The notes under the pieces: model-generated
The model's input: the letters and a program-made list of their open reading frames with translations, nothing else
Database searches by the model: none
Told to the model about the DNA's origin: nothing
Program-made: the position numbers and the translations under genes
Origin: Emiliania huxleyi CCMP1516
Lineage: Eukaryota
Direction of reading: 5' to 3'
DNA: 43,866 nucleotides
Assembly: GCF_000372725.1 (NCBI RefSeq)
Contig: NW_005202176.1
Coordinates: 181,074 to 224,939 of the forward strand
Shown here: piece by piece, positions 1-11,431 of the stretch
How positions within the stretch are numbered: position 1 is the first letter of the stretch
Layout of the letters: each line of letters opens with the position of its first letter

Positions 1-112
1 GCGGAGGGAGAGGAGGAGGGAAAGGAGGAGGGAGAAGGAGGAGGGAGAAGGAGGAGGGAGAAGGAGGAGGGAGAAGGAGGAGGGAGAAGGAGGAGGGCGG
101 AGGGAGAGGAGG
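1..112. repeat. Purine-rich simple repeat (GGGAGAAGGAGGA-like), intronic
   Basis: Visible tandem gagggagaaggag units; pyrimidine tract on the GMC sense strand. Confidence 0.8.
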
Positions 113-114
113 AC

Positions 115-2683
115 CTCGTGCCGAGCCATCGCGCGCAGCCTCTTCGCCTTGTCGGTCGGGGCGCGGCCGCGAACGTACTCGACACCGACCACGCGCCTGA
201 CGGCAGGAGGGGCAGGCCGGAGCAGAAAGGGGTCAGGACAGGCGGCAGCGGCGGTAGGGTGAGGGAGCGTCCAGCGCGTACCATCTCTGGGGCGATCTCG
301 GAACATCTCGGCCGATCTCGGAACATCTCGGCCGATCTCGGAACATCTCGTCCGATCTCGGAACATCTCGTCCGATCTCGGCCGATCTCGTCCAATCCGT
401 CCAATCTCGTCCGATCTCGGAACATCTCGTCCGATCTCGGAACATCTCGGCCGATCTCGGAACATCTCGTCCGATCTCGGAACATCTCGGAACATCTCGT
501 CCGATCTCGTCCGATCTCGTCCGATCTGACCTGCCCTCGACGACGAGCCTCGTGGCCAGCGCGTGCGTCTTGACGAGCGGGGGCGCGCGGTACCCCGCGC
601 GTCGGTCGGCGCCGAGGAAGGCCGCCGCAGCCTAATTACTTGACCGTGCACGAGCTCATTCACCAGCGGAGTCACGAACACCGTCGGAAGGCGGTGCCGC
701 AGCCGAGTCTCGCAGCCCGTCCCGAATCATGAACTGGTACCGCCCGAACCTGAGGTGGTGCGAGACCCGGTGTCGGCCCGGGGCAGTGAGAGAGGGAGAG
801 ACGAGAAGAGAGGCGGTGAGAGGCACCCGATGCCGGCCCGGGGCAGTGAGAGAGGGAGAGACGAGAAGAGAGGCGGTGAGAGGCACCCGATGCCGGCCCG
901 GGGCAGTGAGAGAGGGAGAGAAGAGAAGAGAGGCGGTGAGAGGCACCCGATGCCGGCCCGGGGCAGTGAGAGAGGGAGAGACGAGAAGAGAGGCGGTGAG
1001 AGGCACCCGATGCCGGCCCGGGGCAGTGAGAGAGGGAGAGAAGAGAAGAGAGGCGGTGAGAGGCACCCGATGCCGGCCCGGGGCAGTGAGAGAGGGAGAG
1101 ACGAGAAGAGAGGCGGTGAGAGGCACCCGATGCCGGCCCGGGGCAGTGAGAGAGGGAGAGACGAGAAGAGAGGCGGTGAGAGGCACCGATGCCGGCCCGG
1201 GGCAGTGAGAGAGGGAGAGACGAGAAGAGAGGCGGTGAGAGGCACCCGATGCCGGCCCGGGGCAGTGAGAGAGGGAGAGACGAGAAGAGAGGCGGTGAGA
1301 GGCACCCGATGCCGGCCCGGGGCAGTGAGAGAGGGAGAGACGAGAAGAGAGGCTGTGAGAGGCACCCGATACCGGCCCGGGGCAGTGAGAGAGGGAGAGA
1401 CGAGAAGAGAGGCGGTGAGAGGCACCCGATGCCGGCCCGGGGCAGTGAGAGAGGGAGAGACGAGAAGAGAGGCGGTGAGAGGCACCCGATGCCGGCCCGG
1501 GGCAGTGAGAGAGGGAGAGACGAGAAGAGAGGCGTTGAGAGGCACCCGATGCCGACCCGGGGCAGTGAGAGAGGGAGAGACGAGAAGAGAGGCGGTGAGA
1601 GGCACCCGATGCCGGCCCGGGGCAGTGAGAGAGGGAGAGACGAGAAGAGAGGCGGTGAGAGGCACCCGATGCCGGCCCGGGGCAGTGAGAGAGGGAGAGA
1701 CGAGAAGAGAGGCGGTGAGAGGCACCCGATGCCGGCCCGGGGCAGTGAGAGAGGGAGAGACGAGAAGAGAGGCGGTGAGAGGCACCCGATGCCGGCCCGG
1801 GGCAGTGAGAGAGGGAGAGACGAGAAGAGAGGCGGTGAGAGGCACCCGATGCCGGCCCGGGGCAGTGAGAGAGGGAGAGACGAGAAGAGAGGCGGTGAGA
1901 GGCACCCGATGCGGTCCGGGCCGTTGAAGTCCTCGACGTGGGGGAGGCCGGCGGTGGAGAAGGCCTACTCGTCGAGGGAGACTGTGTGCAGGAAGTGTCG
2001 AGGGGGGTGTCTAGCGAGGTGTCTAGGGAGGAGTGGCAGACGTCGAGGAAAAAGTCGGACAGCTCATCGGAAGCGACGGTCGTGACACGGACCGGCCCGC
2101 CGGTGCCGTGCAGCGGAGAGGTGCCGAACTGCTCGTTGTCTTCGGAGCGCTTGTAGAAGGGGAGCACCTGCGGCGCCGAGCGGGCCGCCAGTGGGAAGCG
2201 AGGGGACGGGCGCGGTGCAGCCGCAGCTTGCTGCCGCACGTCGTCCCACGACCAGCCGGCTCCCCACTCGGCAAAGTCGGCAGGCCGGCCGCGCATGTAG
2301 AGCATGGCGTTGTGGATGCCGCAGCCGCCCAGCCCGCGCGCGATGGCGGGCGGCGGGTCGGCGGGCACCACCCACTGGAACTCCTTGGACCAGCGGTGAT
2401 CAGAGAGCACCTGCACCCAGCCGAGCGGCACATCGAAGATGGTCCACTTGCCAGCCACGGGCTCCGCGTCGCCGCCGAGCGAGATCTGCGTCGAGCCTCC
2501 CGCCTCGAGCACGAGCACCGAGTAGCCAGCCTCGCCCAGCCGGCCCGCAACCACCGCGCCGGTCGAGCCGCCGCCGACCACGATGTAGTCAAAGACGGCC
2601 GGGCCGCCGTCCGCAAAGAGGTAACGGACGATCGACCACGCGGAGAAGGCGAGCAAGAGGAGCAGGCCGACCTCACGGAGCAT
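115..2683 (-). CDS. GMC (glucose-methanol-choline) oxidoreductase, choline dehydrogenase-like; N-terminal membrane anchor; C-terminal part lies beyond the left edge of the window
   Basis: ATG at 2683 (MLREVGLLLLLAFSAWSIV). Motifs: FAD-binding FDYIVVGGGSTGAVVAGRL, VLVLEAG, ARGLGGCGIHNAMLYMRG. Manual splicing gives WSWDD|VLPFYKRSE (intron 2168-2239), FFLD|AFSTAGLPHVEDFNG (1965-2041), DRIG|FGRYQFMIRDGLRDS (750-1905), |AAAAFLG..ATRLVVEG (~632-703) and RVVGVEY..AMARHE| (~198-530). Confidence 0.9.
294..527. repeat. 10-bp minisatellite (ATCTCGGAAC/ATCTCGGCCG/ATCTCGTCCG) inside a GMC intron
   Basis: More than 20 variant 10-mers in tandem. Confidence 0.9.
765..1912. repeat. 60-bp tandem repeat, about 19 copies, filling most of GMC intron 750-1905
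   Basis: The 60-nt sequence lines are near-identical (gggcagtgagagagggagagacgagaagagaggcggtgagaggcacccgatgccggcccg), with one 1-nt deletion near 1186. Confidence 0.97.
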
Positions 2684-2963
2684 CCACGCACCGTCTCGCG
2701 GCCACCGTCGCGCTCTCGGTGGAGCAAGAGCGATAGCCGCGAGCAAAGCGCGGCCGCGAGCAAAGCGAAAAATGAAACGAACAAAGACCGAGCAAAAGGC
2801 CGCCGCAGCGGGAGGCATTGCACACTGACAGGATGAGAGGTAGTCAGGTCGACTAGTCCCCATCCCCGTCGTCCCAATCTCCCTACCAGTCCTCGCCAAG
2901 AAAAAGAAAAAAAACGCACAACGAGTGGCTGGCACAGCCCGCGCCGGCGCATCACACACCTGT

Positions 2964-3006
2964 CCTTAAAATCCCTGTGTGGTGGCGGCGTGCCGTCCTC
3001 CCATCC
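2964..3006 (-). repeat. Dispersed repeat family A (copies at 39196-39238; partial at ~23645-23695, ~38797-38816, ~42083-42147)
   Basis: ccttaaaatccctgtgtggtggcggcgtgccgtcctcccatcc is the exact reverse complement of 39196-39238. Confidence 0.85.
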
Positions 3007-3086
3007 GTCGACCCCATTTGTTTCTTTCTTTTAGCCCGCGCCGGCCGCGTGTAGTGCCCGCCCTCCAGCGTCCCTCTCGCACAGAG

Positions 3087-3683
3087 ATGGGCGAGCCGGT
3101 GATCAAGTTCCGAAACTACCAGCCCAAGACGGAGCTCGACCAGCTCGGTGCCGAGACGGTGGAGAAGGCGGCCGTGCCGGACGTCGAGGAGGCGCTGCAG
3201 GTGCGCCGCCGGCAGTAACCCGCGGCGGCGGCGGGATGCTCAGTAGCCCGCGCCACGCCGGAACGCGCAGGCTGGCAGCTCGGACGTCGCGCACACGGAT
3301 CCGACCCAGGAGCCGCTCCTCAACCTCGCGCCCAAGAAGGTGAACTGGGACCTCAAGCGCGACATTGAGCCGCAGATGAAGAAGCTGCGAGCCGCGACCG
3401 ACCGCGCCATCATCGAGCTCATCAGAGAGTGCGCGCGCGTCCGAGCCCTCCGCACGCACACCTCTAGCCCATGTCGTGGCGCCTGCGCGCGCGGTCCGAC
3501 CCACGCCCGCCCACACTGCACGGCGTGTGCACCCGGCTCCTGCGCACGACTCAGGGCCGAGGCGCGAGCGAGCCCCCCCCCCCCCCCCTCGATAACAGGC
3601 GCGTCACCAAGGAGGGCGGCGAGACCGACCTCTCCACAGCAGTCAGCCAGGCAGCCCAGGAGGCGGCCAAAGACGAGTTGTGA
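3087..3683 (+). CDS. CCDC12: Spliceosome-associated coiled-coil protein CCDC12/Cwf18, 3 exons
   Basis: IKFRNYQP and LLNLAPKKVNWDLKRDIEPQMKKL..T.RAIIELIR are Cwf18 signatures. Introns at ~3201-3270 and ~3429-3598; TGA at 3681. Confidence 0.9.
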
Positions 3684-5187
3684 CGATAATCGAGTTTTGT
3701 GCACTTGTGTTGCCTCCCCGCTCGGAGCTTTGTTTTCCTATTTTTGAAAGAGCGCGGTTTCTCTTTCTTACATCTATTGGAGCGCCCAAACACGGGTCTG
3801 GCGCGCACTGGGAAAGAAAACGTGCTTCCCTAAGGACTATTGTGCGCCTCGGCAAGGGCCCAAGCTCTGGGCCGGCGGCGGCGCGGGGGCCCCAGAGGGT
3901 GTCCATGCGGGGGGGAGATGGGGTCCCATGGCCCGCCGCAGGCGCCGATTTTTTGGAGTTTTTTTCTTTTTTCGCGATTTTTTACTTGTTTTCATGGGAA
4001 TTCGGCGTACTTGCGGCCATGCTATCACGCCTTGCGACAGCCTGTCGGCGCTGCTGACCGTGCCATGCTGCACAATTGATCACCTGCATAGCTCGCGGCC
4101 TTTGTATCAAGCATTCAGTGATGACGTGATCGTACGGCCAGTAGGAAGGTGTCCTTCCAGCTGCGTGCACGCTTCTGGCGCAATGCGCGTCACCTCGGAT
4201 TGGCTGCTGGCACTCTCGAGGCTATGCCTACACAGCCTCGCGCGCATGGGCAGTCAAGAGGGACCACGCACCTTCTCAGGACAGCGCCGGCGCCTCTCTC
4301 TTGGACCGGCAAACTTGGTGGTCTCGTGTCACCAATGTGGGACCAGTGCGGCATCGCGCCATCGACAGCTCTGAACTGCGCCTCACCACTGACCGGGAAG
4401 GCCGCCAAGTGGGCCAGCACAGGTCGCACATTGTGGCAGCAGTCAGCAGTGCATGGCTGATAGCTAGAGCAGCAGCGTCAGGGTCGCAGGGTCGGATCGT
4501 GTCAAGCCTCTCGCCCGGCCGGCCGCGTGCAGACGTCGGCCTGTCTGCTGTCTGGAGTGATCTGTCGGCGGTCAGTACGACCGATCATGTCGGAGTTTTC
4601 TGATGGTTGGAGGGTCTATCTGTATGTACTCCTCGAGATCTCTCCAAATCTGCCCTCTGATCAACCGTGATCATTCGGGAAGTCGGTGCTCATAGAGACT
4701 CATAGAGCCGGAGCCCCGTTTCCGCACTGCGGCGCGGCGCACGGTGCCTCCGGGGGGCCCCGCGCCGGCCCAGAGGGCCCAAGGCGGTTCCGGAGACATC
4801 CCCCCGGAGATTGCGAGCGTCTGGTGGGACTTCATCCTGACTTCATCTTGCCATGGGCTCTACAACGCGCCCTTCCACCCGTACGCGCCGATGCATCCGT
4901 TCCCAATGATGCCCCCTCCCCCGCACAGATGATGCACCTGCCGCCGCCGCAAGTTGGCATGCACGGGCTGGCCCAGCAGACGTGGATGCGCGGGGACGAC
5001 TTGCAGTCCAAGAACAAGGAGGCGCACAAGGCAGCAGAGGGCGTAAAGCACGGTCATCCATGATCCATTGCGAGGGCGCGCTAGGTGGAAGTACCGTTAT
5101 GTGCGAGTAGGATGCGAGTGGGAAGCGGACGCGTCCACACGTCCCCCTACCTCTCAAAGAGCCAGAACCCACCGGTACATAGTGCCA

Positions 5188-7500
5188 ATGCGCGGGATTC
5201 CTGAGCTGCTCCGCGCAGCGGTGCTAGCGGTTGATCGAGGCGAGGAGGAGGCGGTGCTGGCGTGGCTCGACGGCGGTGGGCGGGCCGACGCGACGTACGA
5301 GAGAGGCAAGTTTAGTGGCCTCACGCTGCTGATGGGCGCCGCCCACTACGGCCACAAGCGGTTGGTCGAGCTGCTGCTTCAGCGCGGCGCGGATGCCAAC
5401 CTGCAGAACAGCGACGGCTGGACCGCGCTGATGCTCGCCGCCCGCAGCGGCCACGAGCGGGCGGTCGACCCGCTCTTGCGGCACGGCGCGGAGGTCGACA
5501 AGAAGAACCGCAACGGCGGCACCGCGCTGACGTACGCCGCCCAGGAAGGCTACGAACGGGTGGTCGACTTGCTGCTGCGGCGCGAGGCGAAGATCAACCT
5601 GCAGAACAGCGACGGCCTCACCGCGCTGATTTTCGCCGCTTTCTTCAACCACCCCGCCGTCGTGCGGCGCTTGCTGCGGGCGGGCGCAGACGCGGCGGCG
5701 CGCACTGTTGGCGGCAAGACGGCGCTGCAGTATGCCAAGGAGAAGGGCCACGCCGAGTGCGTCGATGCCTTGTCGGAGGCGGCGGCGGCTGCCGACGGCC
5801 GGGCAGGGGCGGGCGGCGCCTCCTCGGGCGCGGCAGCGGCAGCTGAAGACGCGCCGCTGCTCGGCCAGCGAGTAGAGCTCAGCGGGCTCTCCTCCCGCCC
5901 CGAGCTGAACGGGCAGCGGGGCGAGGCGCGGAGCTTCGAGGGCGGGCGGTACGCGGTGGCGCTCGAGGGCAGCGGCGAGAGCGTGCGGGTGCGGCCGGGT
6001 AATCTGTCGCCGGCGGCGGCGGAGCTGAACGGTGCCTTGGCAGTCTCCGACGCGGTCGTGATAGCGGCGGAGCGTGGCGAGGAGGCGGCGGTGCTGGCGT
6101 GGCTCGAGGGCGGCGGGCGGGCTGACGCGACGTTCAAGAGAGGCGGCGTGAGCGGCCTCACGCTGCTGATGCGCGCCGCCCGCTACGGCCACGAGCGGGT
6201 GGTCGAGCTGCTGCTGCAGCAAGGTGCTGATGTCAACCTGCAAGACAGCGACGGCATCACCGCGCTGATGGGCGCCGCCCGCTACGGCCACGAGCGGGTG
6301 GTCGAGCTGCTACTGCGGCGCGGCGCGGAGATCAACAAGCGGGGTAGCCACGGCATCACCGCGCTGATGTTCGCCGCCCTCCTCAACCGCCCCGCCGTCG
6401 TGCGGCGCTTGCTGCGGGCGGGCGCTGACATGGCGGCGCGCAATGCGAACGGCATGACGGCGCTGCAGTGGGCCAAGGAGAAGGGCCACGCCGAGTGCGT
6501 CGAGGCCTTCAAGAAGCACGTCCAGGAGGTGGTGGCGGGACGGCCCACGGCGACGGCAGCCGGCGGCGCAGGCGCAGGCGGCGCTTCCTCCGGCGGCGCT
6601 TCCTCGGCTGGATCGAGAGTCGCGAAGACGCCATCTCCAGCGGTGGCGGCGGGGCGGGCGTCGAGCGGTGGCGTGGCAGTCTCCGTTGAGGTCATCGCAG
6701 CGGCTGAGCGAGGCGAGGAGGAGGCGGTGCTGGCGTGGCTCGAGGGCGGCGGGCGGGTCAACGCGACGTACGAGAGAGGCGGCGTGAGCGGCCTCACGCT
6801 GCTGATGGGCGCCGCCAACCACGGCCACGAGCGGGTGGTTGAGCTGCTGATACGGCACGGCGCGAAGATCGACCTGCAGAGCAGCAACGGCCTCACCGCG
6901 CTGATAAGCGCTGCTTTCTACGGCCACGAGCGGGTGGTCGACTTGCTGATCCGGCGCGGCGCTGATGTGGAGACGGCGGTCGCAGAATCAGCCGAACAGG
7001 CGGCGGAGGCCGCACGCGAGGCGGCAGCGGCTGCGGAGGCGGCGGAGGCGCGCGATGCAGCCGAGGCGGCGCTGCGCGAGGCAGTTGAGGCGTGCGGCCG
7101 AGGCGACGCCGATCTCGAGGCGCTCAGGGCGGCGATCAACGCAAACACCGAAGGCGCCGACGGTTCGGAGGCGCTGGGGGCGGCGCGGCGGCTGCGCGAC
7201 GAGCTGGCGGAGCGAAAGGCCCGCGAGGCCAGGGCGCTGAAGCGGCAGCGGCAGAAGGAGGAGAAGGCGGCGGCGAGGCAGGCGGCGGCGGCGGCGCAGG
7301 CGGCGGAGCGGGCGGCGGAGCAGGCGGAGGAGGCGCGGGCCACAGAGCAGGCGCGGGCGGCGGAGGAGGCGGATCGGGTGGTAGCAGAGGCTGCGGCGGC
7401 GCGGGCGGCGGAGGAGGCGGAGGAGGCGGCGCGGGCAAGGGAGGAGGCAGAGGCGAGGGCAAGGGAGGAGGAGGCAAGAGAGGCGGCAGCGGAGGTAGCG

Positions 7501-7544
<44 letters not shown>

Positions 7545-8988
7545 TATAGAGGCGGCAGTGGCGGCAGTGGCGGCGGCGGAGGCTCAAGAGGCGGCGGCAG
7601 CGGAGGCGGCGGCCGCGGCAGCGGCGGCAGCGTCGGCAGCGGCGAGTGTCGCCGCCCTCGCCGCCGCCGCCGCGCCGCCCGCCGCCGTCCCTCTCGACGA
7701 GCTCATCGCGGCGACCGACGGCTTTGCCGAGGCGCGAAAGGTGGGCGAGGGAGGTTTTGGGCGCGTCTACCGCTGCGACGCGCTGCCGTCGCTCCCGCGC
7801 GTCGCTTGCGGGTTCGCCGTCAAGACGGCGCTGGTCGGTGTCGGCGCCCAAGGCCTCGCCGAGCTGCAGAGCGAGGTGCGCACGCTCAGCGCGGCGTGCC
7901 ACCCGTCCCTCCTCCCTCTACTCGGCGTCTGCTTGGCGCCGGCGAGAGCGTGCCTCGTCTACCCCCTCTGCCGCGGCGGCAGCCTCGAGGACCGCCTCTA
8001 CCGCGCTCCAGCCGCACTGCAGCGGCTCCGCATGCTCGGCTTCGAGAGGCCGCCTCCGCCGCTCTCCTCTGCCGAACGGCTCCGTGTGCTGCGCGACGCG
8101 GCGAGTGCGTTGCACTACTTGCACACGCGCTCACCCATGATCCTGCACCGCGACGTCTCGGCGGGCAACATCCTGCTCGACGAGCGCGGCAACGGCTACC
8201 TCGCCGACGTGGGCCTCGCGCGCGCGGCAGAGGCAACAGCCGGCGCCAATGGACAGGTCTCGCACCTGTCAACGCAGCGTATCTTTGGGAAGCCTGGCTA
8301 CATGGACCCGATCATCTCGCTGGACAACCAGGCTTCGCAGCTGACTGACGGTTTCGCGCTCGGCATCACACTACTCGTCAGCCTAACCGGCCGCGGCGCC
8401 GTTGGCTTGCTCAACGCGTGCGACGATGCATTGGAGGAGCCCGACATGGCGGAGGGCATCGCGGCGGCCGACGCGGGCTGGTCGGCGGCGCAGGCCGAGG
8501 AGCTGACGCGGCTGGTGGCCGGGCTGGCGTACGAGAGGAAGCGGAAGCGGATGCCGCTCGCAGACGCACTGCCGCGGCTGGAGGCGCTAGTCGAAGCGGC
8601 GGGGGAGGTGGAGGAGACGGCTGGGGCCGAGGAGCGCCAGTGTGACCTCTGCTACGACTCGCCGCGCTCGGTCCGCTTCGCGTGCGGCCACGCGCTGTAC
8701 TGCGAGACATGTGCGCCGCGCGTGCTGGAGCGCGACACCAACTGCCCGGCTTGCCGCCAGCCGGCGCTGCCCATCGCCGCAACTGGGCGGCTGGTGGCGG
8801 CGCAGGCGACGTTTGTCCACCAGCCGCCCACTCGCGCTGTGCCACACCCACCGCCCAGTTGGGCGGCTGGTGGCGCGGCGGTGGTCGGGGGGCGAGGGGG
8901 GCGTGGGCGCGGTGGGCGCGGCGGGCGCGGCGGGCGGGGTGGGCGTGGGAGGCCACGGGACGAGGGGCGTGGCGCTGGTGGCTCGTAG
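5188..8988 (+). CDS. Ankyrin-repeat / RLK-Pelle(IRAK)-like kinase / RING-finger multidomain protein, intronless
   Basis: Three ankyrin modules (GLTLLMGAA..GH..VVELLL..GA.VN) and a GQRVELSGLSSRPELNGQRG motif, then an Ala/Glu coiled coil. Kinase motifs: ELIAATDGF..RKVGEGGFGRVY, FAVK, HRDVSAGNILLD, DVGLAR, GKPGYMDP. RING: CDLC..CGHALYCETC..CPAC. Ends in an RGG tail. First ATG at 5188 within ORF 5068-8988. Confidence 0.9.
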
Positions 8989-9370
8989 CTGCTGTACACG
9001 TTTGTCCACCAGCCGCCCTCGCGCAGTGCCTTTATTTATTTATCTGCACACTGCGATAGTCTTGTAGTTACGCGACGCGCGAGCCTTCCGCGTTCGGTTT
9101 CTCAGGAATCACGCAAGCCGCTCGTTCAACTCCGTCCGCAGGGGCTGCATTTGTGGACGACCCCCCCCCCCCCCCCCTGTCCTTGCTGCCACCCGCCTCC
9201 CTGCGGGTGTAGAAGAGCGCCGCCTGCTCGGCGGTGACGGAATAGCGAGGGTGCCAATTGGTGAGTGTTGTTTGGTAACAACATATCGTGTATATTGAGA
9301 TTGTAACGAGCGAGGGGTGAGGGGGACGCGCTGGCGGCTGGGGATCTAACCGCGCCATTCGCTCTCACCT

Positions 9371-9412
9371 GGCAACCCTGTCTGCACGTCTCGCGCGCGC
9401 GTGAACAGGGCT
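9371..9412 (+). repeat. Dispersed 42-bp hairpin repeat (identical copy at 20147-20188)
   Basis: ggcaaccctgtctgcacgtctcgcgcgcgcgtgaacagggct at both sites. Confidence 0.85.
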
Positions 9413-9876
9413 AGACCCGCGGGAGAGGGGAGACGTGTGTATCGCGCGCCTTGCGGGGGGGGCGCGGAAAAGAGGAACCTCTTAGCGCCATCGCCATGGC
9501 GCTGCAAGCAGTGCCGGGCGACGACGACTTACCGCCTCCCGGTCCCCCTCGGCACACCTCCGCTGCTCAATGTTTGACGGCTCGAACCCGTGAAGCTTCC
9601 CCGTGCGCGGGTTACCCCGCACACGGGTCAGCCTGCCAGCAACAAATCCACGCAAGCGTGGTCCGCGTGCATGGCATACAGGCGTCCGCCAGACAGCGCA
9701 GAGGCTAGGCGACCGGGGAAGGACTAGCTCTAGGGCAACACAGCGTCACCAGCCGTTGGCGCGCAGAACGAGTCTGCGGCCCTCCTTAAAAAAACACGAG
9801 ACGCGGTGCCCTCCTTTAAAAAAACGCCGAAAACAAGGCATTCAGCGAGCACATCGCAAGGCGACACGCTGTCCGA

Positions 9877-10951
9877 ATGGCTAACGTCGACGAGGAGCTG
9901 GAGCTGCGCTCGGACGCTCTCGGCCCGGTGCCAAATCCGATCAACGGAGGCGACAAGGTGTACCTGCAGTGCTCGGCCCACACCGGCCCGATTCGGGCAG
10001 CCTTTGAGTCAGCACTCGGCGTCAAGGTCCAGCACGGCGTTTTTGGCGGCAAGATCTGGAACATGCTGCTGCAGCTCGAATCGACCGACCGCGTCCAGGC
10101 AGTGGAGAAGCTGGAGGAAGAGCAAGGCATCTCGCGCGCGACCATACAGCGCAAGGGCAAGCCAGTGTACGTGGTGCGCATATTCGCCTCTCGCTCTCTC
10201 TCTGACCTCCTGGTGCCATGTACGGACCCTATCCTCTCCTGTATGGCAGGTGTACATGTCAAAGAAGGAAAGGGAGAAGCGCAAGAGCCAGACTCTGGAG
10301 GACACCCTCTCGGAGCGTGCCAAGTTGATCGAGATCCCGGAAGAGCAGCTCGCAAAGATCGACGCGTGCTGGCTGAAGGAGGAGGAGTACAAGGAGGTGT
10401 GCAAGGCGCTGCACGAGGACCAGCACGACTGGACGGGTGTCAACTCGCGTGTCAAGTCGATCTCGAAGCAAGCGTTCCTTAACACGCGAGTTGACACGGC
10501 GCCAGCCTTCCGCGCCTTTGAGGAGCGCGCCGCTGCCTTTACGGCGCAGAAGGAGGAGAAGGACACGCACAAGCTCGAGCAGCTGATGAAGTCGGCGGAG
10601 GCTGAGCTGAGCTTTGCCAAGGAGAAGCTGGCCACCTGCCGCGAGGACAAAAAGAACTTCACTTCCGACCTGCGCAAGTACTACGAGCGGCGCGACGAGC
10701 TCAAGGCTGAGGCTGTCAATCTCGCGCTCGACTCGTACTCTGACCATGCCAAGATCGCGGAGATTCAGCTAAAGCGGCGGCGCCTCATTGACACCATCTC
10801 TGAGACGGAGGGCAAAGTCTCGTCGCTCGCCGTCTCTATCTCGGAGTACGAGAAGCGCACCAAGGAGCTGGAGACGAATATCGAAGACCTGGCGGCCAAA
10901 GTCGACCCGAAGACCGACGGGCAGCCGTCGTCGAAGCGGCAGCGGCTCTGA
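9877..10951 (+). CDS. Hypothetical coiled-coil protein, 2 exons, C-terminal NLS-like SKRQRL
   Basis: ORFs 9877+ and 9806+ join through intron ~10174-10249 (GTGCGC...TGGCAG). Coding-like GC3 bias; Lys/Glu-rich heptad C-terminal half. Confidence 0.7.
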
Positions 10952-11431
10952 CTCGGTCGGTCGGTCGGTGTCTTGGCATCTTCCATGGCGCCGGGCAGAA
11001 GCGGCTCTAGGCTCCCCTAGCTGCAAGACAAGAGCATGCGCGCTAGTAGTCGGGTCCGCCGTCCCTGACGGCATATCCTGTGCAGATAGGTAGCTAATAG
11101 GTTTCGAGTCCTTTTACGGCTCTAGGAGGCCCGTCGCGACCGTCACAGACTCGCTCAAGACTCACCAAAACACCGCGAACACCGCTGTTTCAAACAGCAT
11201 GCACAGGCACAGCATGAACATCACATGGCTCATGGGACAGATCTCGCTCGCGCCTCGCGCCCCGGATATCCCCGGCGAGCACAAGGCAGCAAGCGCACAC
11301 AGCTCCGGCGCACGCACAGCACCACACATGGGATGAGAGAGAGACGATCAGGGAGGAGACGCCACGTGGACACGAGGGAGCAATATCCGGCCGGCGGGGC
11401 CGGGGGGGGGGCGCTGTGGCGGGCGTGCCAT

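Noticed and set aside
727..2085. Long repetitive ORFs in several frames across the 60-bp array, and a possible CRISPR array
   Set aside because: The ORFs are by-products of a stop-free tandem repeat inside a GMC intron. Units are contiguous with no unique spacers, there are no cas genes, and the context is eukaryotic.
3860..4785. Degenerate inverted repeat (~3864-3895 and ~4750-4778) and short ORFs at 4686-5063
   Set aside because: The GC-rich match is too degenerate to call a transposon, and the ORFs have no recognisable domain or clear exon structure.
5224..8956. Many antisense and alternate-frame ORFs over the kinase gene (and over other genes)
   Set aside because: Expected shadow ORFs in very GC-rich DNA; low-complexity translations.
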